DNA from: Octopus sinensis
Lineage: Eukaryota
Length of the DNA stretch: 64,000 nucleotides
Reading direction: 5' to 3'
Assembly (NCBI RefSeq): GCF_006345805.1
Contig: NC_043003.1
Span: 83,762,001 to 83,826,000 of the forward strand
The translations under genes were made by a program, and so were the position numbers. The notes below the pieces were generated by a model, which worked only from the letters and a program-made list of their open reading frames with translations, did not search any database and was not told where the DNA came from. Numbering within the stretch: the stretch's first letter is position 1; every line of letters begins with the position of its first letter. Below are positions 13,662-64,000 of the stretch, one piece after another.

Positions 13662-14074
13662 AGGCGCAGGAGTGGCTGTGTGGTAAGTAGCTTGTTTACC
13701 AACCACATGGTTCCGGGTTCAATCCCACTGCGTGGCACCTTGGGCAAGTGTCTTCTACTATAGCCTCGGGCCGACCAAAGCCTTGTGAGTGGATTTGGTA
13801 GACGGAAACTGAAAGAAGCCCGTCGTATATATGTATATATATATATATGCGTGTGTGTGTTTGTGTGTCTGTGTTTGTCCCCCTAGCATTGCTTGACAAC
13901 CGATGCTGGTGTGTTTATGTTTCCGCCACTTAGCAGTTCGGCAAAAGAGACCGATAGAATAAGTACTGGGCTTACAAAGAATAAGTCCCGGGGTCGAGTT
14001 GCTCGATTAAAAGGCGGTGCTCCAGCATGGCCGCAGTCAAATGACTGAAACAAGTAAAAGAGAAAGAAAGAAAA
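13662..14074 (+). mobile_element. tRNA-derived octopod SINE (family A), young full copy
   Basis: A box tggctgtgtgg, B box ggttcaatccc, internal microsatellite, tail gactgaaacaagtaaaagag, flanking agagtt TSD. Other copies at 17208-17609(+), 37529-37929(-), 38688-39116(-), 19270-19720(-) and 28980-29390(-). Confidence 0.85.
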
Positions 14075-14948
14075 AGAGTTGGAGAAAGACAAGCAAATAT
14101 AATTGGATAATTAATTTTTACAAATATAAAAATATGTGTAAGTGGTATATAGTTTACTTCCCAACCACATAGTTCCAAGTACAGTTCCACTGCACAGCAC
14201 CTTGGACAAATGTCTTCTATTATAGCTCCAGGCTGACCAAAGCCTTGCAAGTGGATTTGATCAGTGGAAACTGAAAGAAAAATCATTATCTGTATCTTTA
14301 TCTATATCTATCTATTTATCAATCTATATATCTAAATATATATGTGTCTTTGCGTCTGTGTTTGTCCCTTAACATCACTTAATATGCTCTGTTGGTTTGT
14401 TTACGTACCCATAACTTAGCAGTTCAGCAAAAGAAACCAATAAGGATAAATATCAAACTTTAAAGCAAATAAGTACTGGGGTTGATTTGTTCAACTAAAC
14501 CCTTCAAGGAGTAAGTGCCCCAGCATGGGCCTCAGTCCAATGACCGAAACAAGTAAAAGATAAGAGAAAAAGCTAAAGGATTTGGCAGGCTTGATAAATA
14601 AACAGAGTATAGTATGCTGATCAATTCTAATATATTACTTTCAAATTTTGGCACAAGGCCAGTAATTTGAGGGGAGTGGGTGAAACGATTACGTCAACCC
14701 CAGTGTTTAACTGGTGCTTATTTTATCAACCTCAGCTGAATTTGAACTCAGAATGTAATGATGGATGAAGTACTGCTAAGCATTTTGCCCAGTGTACTAA
14801 CAATTCAACCAGCTTGCTGCCTTGATCAATTCTAATATACTAAAACAAATTCATAGTTATTTGGCCACTACCTGCAAAGATTAGACGTTTCTTACTCTTA
14901 AGCATCTGAATTTGAAACATTAATTATATCTTCTCAATTCGGCGAGAA

Positions 14949-15179
14949 GGCGGCGAGCTGGCAGAAACGTTAGCACACCGGACGAAATGCGTAGCCGTAT
15001 TTCGTCTGTCGTTACGTTGTGAGTTCAAATTCCGCCGAGGTCGACTTTGCCTTTCATCCTAACGGGGTCGATAAATTAAGTACCAGTTACGCACTGGAGT
15101 CGATGTAAACGACTTAATCCCTTTGTCTGTTCTTGTTTGTCCCCTCTATGTTTAGCCCCTTGTGGGCAATAAAGAAATA
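14949..15179 (+). mobile_element. tRNA-like SINE (family B)
   Basis: ggcggcgagctggcagaaacgttagc...gagttcaaattcc...aataaagaaata. Copies at 24021-24248, 29835-30058, 2040-2670 (several), 24405-24620 and 43865-44080; minus copies at 6200-6420, 14640-14825 and 54380-54580. Confidence 0.8.
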
Positions 15180-16519
15180 TATATCTTCTCAATTATTCCC
15201 TTTTCCTTAAGGTATGTTGTTAATAATTACTGTAGTGGTAAATTTCTTTTCTCAACTAAGAAGAAAAATTTTTTAAAGTGTGTGCATGTGTGTGTGTGTG
15301 TGGTGTGTGTGTGTGTGTGTGTGTGTGTGTCTGTGTGTGTGTGTGTGTTAAATTCAATTTATTAATCCTTAACTTATTTCTCCAACTTCAAGCCACTGGT
15401 CCATTTCATTTACTTCCCTTAGCTCATTTTTTTGTTTTTTTATTTGGACAAAAATTATTTGTTATTCTTTCTATATGTAAAATATTTGTCAACTGATCAA
15501 GTAACTTTAGTCAGACTATACTTTGCTGATGAGGTCTAATAAAGTGAAACATCCATAGTTATCCCTTATGAGCAAAGATCAGCTTTATCTTAACCTAAAT
15601 TAACTTAGCCACTTGAAATTAGTTCCTCTTTTCCTTTGAGTGTTGCAAGTACTTGCCACTAGCTTATGGATTTTCTTTTTCAAACCATGAGAAATTTCAA
15701 TCAATTAATAAAATAAATTGTACATACAGCACTGAATACCATAAATCAATATTTAACATTCATGCCATTGGTCTATTTCAGATATTTCCCTTTGTTCATT
15801 TTATTAGGGAAAAAAAAAAATATTCATTCAAATTTAGTATTCATATTTGGAAATTTGGAATATTGTTCCCACATCAGGAATAGTTCTGCTACTACATGTG
15901 TAGGCATCCTAGACCAATGTTACCCAACCTATTTTCCCTCAGGCCTCACTATAACTTTCCAGAAAAATGTATGCCCCACCAGTAGTAGGAAAAAAAAAAC
16001 TTTATTTTTTAGATTTTATTACAATTATTTAATACAAAAGAATCTACCGGTAACCCTTTTCTTAAGTACTATTGTATCATTTATCTCTTACTTGTTTCAG
16101 TCATGAGTCTTTGGCCATGCTGGGGCACTACCTTGAAGAATGTTTAACAGAATCTATCGACCCCAGTACTTTTTTAAGCCTGGTACATATTCTATTGGTT
16201 TTTTTTTGCTGAACTTCTATGTTACAAGGTTGTAAACACACCAACACTGGTTATCATGCAGTGGTGGGGGACAAACACAGACACACACACACACACACAG
16301 GAAGGGGGTGCTAAAAAGTTGCTGGCTTTAAGGGTATCATGAAAGATGAAAGGCCTGGTTAGAGGCCTAACCTACCCAGTTCTTTTACAGGGCTTAGAAA
16401 AACTGAATGCTGCAATAAGTGTATGAATCTGAGAGGGGGTCATGTTCAATAAAATCAGAATTAACTGATCCTCCTGTATTTTCTTTCACCCAAAGCCAGG
16501 AATTTTTCAGTACCCCTTC

Positions 16520-16547
<28 letters not shown>

Positions 16548-16550
<3 letters not shown>

Positions 16551-17160
16551 CTAATAAAAAGGGTTCAGCAAAGAATTGCTTCACCACACACCGAAGCTCA
16601 GAAATAGCACCCAAAAATCTTAGCTATTTCTTCTACTTTAAAAAGGGTCATCCAGAGAAACCAAAATACTTGAAGGTTATTCACACAGGCAGAGAGTAAA
16701 GCAACAAAACTCAATCAATATCTGGTCGTCCGTGGCGGTGCTAACATTGAACATGAGCGGTCTAATGCCGTTAGGTGGAAAGATTCATTCAAATATTCTA
16801 GTACCTTCGAATTATCACGGGAAACCATGCTGATGAAGAATATGGTTAGTAAAGTATATTTTTTTATATTCTTTATGAAAAACCTAATTCAGAAACGTGC
16901 GTCCATGGACAACCAGATATTGATTGAGTTTCGTTGCTTTACTCTCTGCCTGTGTGAAAAACCTCCAAGTATTTTGGTTTCTCTGGAAGACCCTTTTTAA
17001 AGTAGAAGAAATAGCTAAGATTTTTGGCTGCTATTTCTGAGCTTCGGTGTGTGGTGAAGCAATTCTTTGCTGAACCCTTTTTATTAGTATTACTTAAGTT
17101 TACCATGAAACAGTCCTGTTTTCATACTGAATTCTACTTGGTGAAATTAATGATTACTTC
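16548..17160 (+). mobile_element. Penelope-type pseudo-LTR remnant with 188-bp inverted arms (16548-16735 / 16903-17090)
   Basis: Arms are near-perfect reverse complements with a hammerhead motif in the spacer. Confidence 0.75.
16825..16908 (+). ncRNA. Type I hammerhead ribozyme motif
   Basis: ccatg CTGATGA [long stem II: gaat..ggtt / aacc..attc] GAAA cg-tg-cg TC catgg; stem I ccatg/catgg; predicted cut after C16903. Confidence 0.7.
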
Positions 17161-18049
17161 TTAATTAATTAATTTTACCCGTTGTTATTATATATATATA
17201 TATATACAGGCACAGGAGTTGCTGTGTGGTAAGTAGCTTACTTACCAACCACATGGTTCCGGGTTCAGTCCCACTGCGTGACACCTTGGACAAATGTCTT
17301 CTACTATAGCCGCAGGTCGACCAAAGCCTTGTAAGTGGATTTGGTAGACGGAAACTGAAAGAAGCCCGTCGTATATATGTATATATGTGTGTGTGTGTGT
17401 GTGTGTGTATGTGTGCGCTTGTGTGTCTGTGTTCATCCCCCCCAAAATGGCTGGTGTGTTTACGTACCACCGTAACTTTGCGGTTCAGCAAAAGAGGCTG
17501 ATAGAATAAGTACAAGGCTTATAAAGAATAAGTCCTGGGGTCGATTTGCTCGACTAAAGGCGGTGCCTCAGCATGGCTGTTGTCAAATGACTGAAACAAA
17601 TAAAAGAATATCTGTGACTGTATGTTGAAACTAAAATCAGTGCAATGTGGAAGGTACATACAATAGCCCTTCAAAAACACTCAAAGACCGTTAGCTTCAC
17701 GTAATCATTATTTGATGTTAAAATTTTCATTGCACAAACTATGAGCTGTTCATAGATATGATTCCACAGTACCTCAACTTGTTTTTTTTTATCAAACTTG
17801 TTTACTATGAATAAAATATCTATTTACATTATATCTTCTATCCTTTACTTGTTTCAGACGTAAGATTGTGGCCATGCTGGGGCACTGCCTTGAAGAATTT
17901 TTAGTCGAATGAATCATCCCTAGTCCTTTTTTCTTAAGCTGGTACTTATTCTGTCTCTTTTACCAAACAGCTAAGTTATGTGTCATAAACACATCAACAC
18001 AGGTTATCAGGTAGTGGTGGTGGTTGACAAAAACACACACACATTTGGA

Positions 18050-19230
18050 AGCTCTGGATACCCAGAATACAATGGAGATGTTTGTAAACACAATCACCAG
18101 AAGTGTTCCATTTAACTAGTATATAGTGCATTGCAGCATTTGCATATGATACAATAGATGATGTATGCAGAAGTGTAGCTATATTTTGGGGTAGATATTT
18201 CAAAGTATTTTGAACAGTGTGGCTAGGGAACATGGAGAAGATTATAGTGGATTTGTAGTCTGTAAAATGAAAAGAATATTTAGAATATATGTGGGAATCT
18301 GTGGGTTTATAGTATTCAGGGATGGATGGGTAGATGTTGTTGATAGTGACTGGCAGCAAGAAAGTTTACTGAAGAGTCCAATATACAAAAAGTGAATTCT
18401 AATGCAGACCAAAAGAAGTAAGTATAAAAGAAAAAAAGAGTTTAACCCTTTAGTATTTAAACCGGCCATATCTGGCCAAAATATTTAATCTGTTTTATGT
18501 TCAAACTGACCAGATCCAGACCCTCACACTTACCCTACAATGTTATTCTACATTAAGTAATTACACCATCAAGATCTTGAAGATATGAGATAATGCATGA
18601 TTAATTCAAGTCAATGGGAATCAATAAGCATTATGTTTGATAGAATAATCTGAACACTAAAAGGTTAAATCATCTCTGATGAGATAATTGGTCCCAATGT
18701 ACAAGGGGATGCTGAAAAGTTCCTGGCTTTGAGTAAAAGAAAATACAGGAAGCTCAGTTAATTATGATTTTACTCAACATATTCCACTTTTGGATTCACA
18801 CACTTATTGCAGTGGTCCTTCAGTTTTTCTAAGCCCTGTAAAAAAAAACTCAGAAGATTGGGTTTCTAGCCAGGCCTTTTGTGATACCCATAAAGCCCTT
18901 GTAGGTGTCAATAAGCTCTGAAGTAGGCCCAGTGAAATGAGCAAAAATATGGACCTCAATATTGCCTACAAAATAGCTGGAGGCCAATCTTTGGATCCAA
19001 AAATAAACACCTGATAAAAATCACAAGAGAAAGTGAAACAATCCAATATAAGAAGTTCGGTTCGGCAGAAAAGAGTGCTTGGTGAGTCAGACAATTCAGA
19101 GAATACTGTAAAGCTGATAGACTTGTTATGTGAGATAAATTGTTAAGGTTTCACATCCTTGATAAAGTGAATTTTAGAATATCTAGATGGGAAAGAGAAC
19201 ACATTGAAAAGATTTAGGGCATAGTTGGTG
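18050..19230 (-). mobile_element. Highly decayed Penelope-like RT fragment interrupted by two MITEs (18442-18900)
   Basis: YYKPTDSHIY..., FIKDVK, LILDCFTFSCDFYQ...FVGNIE-like motifs. Confidence 0.55.
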
Positions 19231-19525
19231 GACTTATAATAGAAATTTTCTCAAATAAAATACAATGAATTCTTTTATTGTTTATTTTTTACTTGTTTCA
19301 GCCAGTAGACTGCAGCCAAACTGGAACAATACCATAAAGAAATTTTAGTTAAATTTATCAATCCTGGGACTTACTTTTTAAAGTCTAGTACTTATTCTAT
19401 TGATCTCTTTAACCAAACCACTAAGTTACAGGAACGTAAACACACCGGTTGTCAAGCAGTAGTGGCAGGGACAAACACAGACACACTCAGATACATACAT
19501 ACATACATGCACGCACGCACATACA

Positions 19526-19561
<36 letters not shown>

Positions 19562-20164
19562 TTATGAGCATCTTTCAGCTTCTGTCTACCAAATCCACTG
19601 ACAAAGCTTTGGTTGGTCTGAGGCTATAGTAGAAGACACCTGCTCAAGGTGCCACACAGTGGGACTGAACCAGCCCAAAACCATGTGATTGGGGAGCAAG
19701 CTTCTTACCACTGCACCAAAATTTTGTTACAATTTATTTTTCAGGAATAACCTCGAAAAGTAATGCTGTATGGGTTTCTACAAATTTATTTCCATCATAG
19801 TCCTTACTATTTCAAATGGATAAAAAATAAATACAGAATTTGGTAAATTTTCAGATGATTGTCTTCTCTGTTTCCATTTTAAATAATTCAAAAATGACTT
19901 GGCCTCTTGTCTGTCATTTAAATATTCTGTAAAAAACATTCTTTGCAAATTACTCACCATTTGTAGTCTTTAAGACCTTAGTTTATATATTTTATGTTGA
20001 GTAAATTTCAGTCTCTGTTTCATTAATTCTAAAAAATTTCTTTGCACAATACATTTGTAGTGTAAAAATTTTGATCTGGTGATACACAATTATCAGTGAG
20101 CAATTTTTTCTTTTACATTAAATTTTTCATTGTCTTTCGTCATTTGGATATTTTTGTTACCCAC

Positions 20165-20212
<48 letters not shown>

Positions 20213-21732
20213 TGTGTGTGTGTTTACTTGGATACATCATACCTTTAATTCTCACAAATTACCTTCTTCTTACCTTCTTCATTAGATATTAACACTGTGA
20301 AATCATACTGGAAATGATAAAGGAAAACAAAACGGCGTAGATAAATGTTTGCCTCAAATATTGAGACATATAATATTGTCTTTAATAGTTTTTAACAATG
20401 GGGTGGTATTCCACCCTAGAATAGCAACAATTGGAAAAATATATAAATTGTTATATTCTCTACAAGAGACTAAAATATCAACTTCAATATGTAACTATTG
20501 AAGGTAATGTATAATGATAGATCCGTGACAGATCGATAACAGGAAGGCAGGGGGAGTAAAATAAAATATGAAATAAAAACAACTAAATAATGCTCCCTGA
20601 AAGTCAGTGCTTCTCAACCGTTATTTCTTGCCTATGCTCACCCTTTAACAACTACTGATTCATAATTTTTTACCTGTCCATAAATTTTTCTTTCTCAAGT
20701 AGCTGCTACTGGGATACTGTACCATGAATTTCTGTTTCCCATCAGCTTTGCTAGATCCTCAATATTCTGCTGCAAGCCTCAGCTAACAATATCAATGTAG
20801 CTGAGGGTCTTCAACCAATCAGAATACTTCCTGCTCTAATTTTAAAGTTTGTATTAATCTCAGGTTTAATTTTTTTTTTTAATGGTTTAATTATATTTAT
20901 TATATAATCAGCAATTTATCATTTTTTCCCCCACAATTTAAGGCAAAAGTATTTCACAATCCACTCTGGTTTATCATCATTTTTGGGCACATACCACCTC
21001 ATCTTGCTATGTGTGCACATATCATATAACTAATGCACAACAGAAAAATTGCATACATTTGCTTAAAAACAATGCACAGTTGTGTGGTTCATGATAATAA
21101 ATGGCCTGATATAGTCCTACAATAGCAACGATACTGCTTCTTGATATATGGCAAAGTAATTTTTTTTTATAATGATAATGAAATTGCTTCACTGATAACA
21201 TTAAATAACAACAAAACATTTCTGGAGTTGTCACTGTATTGCTAAGGATTAGACACACTGCTGTATTTCACATTTAATTAAATTTCATTAATTAAAATTT
21301 CATGATTCATCCCAATGCTCTATTATTTTTTGGTGAGATGGGAGGTAGATTACTCAGCTAAATAATAATTGTTCTCTTTACTAAAATTAGATTTTTTTTT
21401 TTGTCTAATTTAAAATTTATTAACTTTACTACAAGAATTATGTTTGTGCCTATACTTTACTATTAAGTTTCCATTCAGCAAGCCACCCTGAGTAATTTTC
21501 CCCAGTTCTGTTAACAATGCCGCAATGATGAAATTTCTTTTCTTTTCTTACATTTTTCTCCAAGTACTGAATGGTGAGTATTCAACCAAAACAGGCAGTG
21601 CAGTTTGTTGCAAGTCACCGAAGTAGAGAAGACAGTATTGTTGCCTTGCTCAATAGCACAACACTATAATTCAACCATGAACATATTTTCTTGTGTTCAC
21701 TGTGAAAGGATTTTAACATTTAGGTTTTATGC

Positions 21733-21762
<30 letters not shown>

Positions 21763-21767
<5 letters not shown>

Positions 21768-21898
21768 TTTTATAGAAGGAGCTTCTACAGGACTAGAACT
21801 GTTTCATTCAAATGAAATCATCAGGAAGCTTTCATCAGGATGATTTCATTTGAATGAAACAGTTCTAGTCCTGTAGAAGCTCCTTCTATAAAATAAAT
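21763..21898. repeat. Perfect 60-bp inverted repeat with 16-nt loop (PLE pLTR-derived)
   Basis: Arms 21763-21822 and 21839-21898 are exact reverse complements. Confidence 0.95.
21780..21830 (-). ncRNA. Type I hammerhead ribozyme motif on the sense strand of the ETNPPL-like gene, downstream of its stop codon
   Basis: Minus strand: agcttc CTGATGA t ttca-tt-tgaa t GAAA cag-ttctagtc-ctg TA gaagct; 6-bp stem I; predicted cut between 21786 and 21785. Confidence 0.72.
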
Positions 21899-22201
21899 TA
21901 ATTTACTCTGCTATGTATTGAGTACCTTATTTACTGTGGTTAACCCCGACTCAACCTGGGACCTACATATGTATATATATATATAATATATATATACACA
22001 TATATATATATATAATATATATATACACATATATGCACACATATGTATATATATGTGTGTGTGTATATATATATATATATCCTGTTTTTCCAGGATAGGA
22101 CTACACAGCCACAGCAGGAAATGTATCAGGACATGAAATGTAAAAGCCGGACTAGACTACTTTATGCGCAACTCCATTGTCTCCCGAGAGAAAAAGGATG
22201 C

Positions 22202-22248
<47 letters not shown>

Positions 22249-22555
22249 ATATATATATACACACACATTCATATATACATACACATATATATGAAAAAAA
22301 AAGAGAAGTTAAAAATATATAAATATTCTCTATGGAAGTACCAATAAAATATCTATTTTGTAAGTCAGCACCTTGTAAGAATTCTAGAACAGAAGACTGA
22401 AAATGTAGTTTCTTATTCTAAAAGAAAATATATTTTTGTGAAAAACACTAGTAAAAAAAAAAAATCAAATAACAAAAACCTTAATAAAAAAAAAGGTAAT
22501 AAAAAGAGTATAGGAAAGAAAGAAAATATTCTGTTAAGATTGGTGCTGACATATT

Positions 22556-63310
<40,755 letters not shown>

Positions 63311-63586
63311 CTAAATGAAAGAAAGAAAAACAATAATAATTAATGTTATTGTAATAAAAACAATAACACCCACACCCATATTTATATATTTCACTTAGGT
63401 GCAGCAATGCTAATAACCTGCTATTAAAACTCTATGTAAATAAACTTCAGAAAAAGCATTACTGAAATAATAGAGCATAATATGAAATTATATATATATA
63501 TATATATAATTGCAGCGTGGAAGGTGTTTATAAGCCATTTAAAAACACACAAAAACCCTTAGATTCACTTCAACATTTAAATCTAA

Positions 63587-63637
63587 TTTGCCAAAATATT
63601 TTCGGCACTTTGAGACTGCGACCTGTTCACTGACAAA
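63587..63637 (-). ncRNA. Type I hammerhead-like motif with G3:C8 core (GUGAACA)
   Basis: tttgtca GTGAACA gg(t)cgc-agtctcaaa-gtgcc GAAA atat TT tggcaaa; 7-bp stem I; palindromic stem III aatatt. Confidence 0.55.
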
Positions 63638-64000
63638 ATTCTGTGCTGCAATTGTTTTTGTTTCAGCACACAATCTCAGATCAGGTCATTTGCTATGCAA
63701 GTACATCTCTGTAATATATATATATAATATATACACACAAACGCACACATACATATATATATAGACATACATGTATACATACATACATATATATACATGC
63801 ATATATATATATACATATATCATCATCATCATCATCATTTAACGTCCATTTTCCATGCTAGCATGGGTTTGATGGTTCAACCAATGTCTGGGAAGCCAGT
63901 AGGCTGCACCAGGCTCCAGTCTGATCTGGCAGTGTTTCTACAGCCGGATGCCCTTCCTAACGCCAACCACTCTGTGAGTGTAGTGGGTGCTTTTTACGTG

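Noticed and set aside
13662-13745. tRNA gene
   Set aside because: The A/B boxes belong to a SINE head followed by SINE body and tail; no full cloverleaf.
18670-18725. CTGATGA...GAAA hammerhead candidate
   Set aside because: No stems I or III; the GAAA comes from an adjacent MITE.

Overview
AT-rich, microsatellite- and transposon-dense animal genomic DNA. The SINE/MITE repertoire strongly suggests an octopod cephalopod (inferred). The one well-supported host gene is a minus-strand ETNPPL/PHYKPL-like PLP-dependent phospho-lyase (class III aminotransferase fold). Eight phase-consistent coding exons run from 63310 down to the stop at 22556; its 5' exons lie beyond the right edge. A possible second minus-strand gene may start near 20 kb. 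The rest is decayed hAT, Tc1/mariner, Helitron, piggyBac-type MITE, RTE/CR1/R4-like LINE and Penelope-like (PLE) sequence, many SINEs and two young tandem arrays. The most interesting layer is a set of type I hammerhead-ribozyme motifs in PLE-type remnants. One lies on the gene's sense strand in the probable 3' UTR inside a perfect 60-bp hairpin. One has a flanking inverted repeat that ends at its predicted cleavage site. One has a compensatory G3:C8 core. Also notable are a 75-bp higher-order minisatellite grown inside a TIR element, and an inverted mariner pair bracketing four exons. All calls were made by eye, without database searches.
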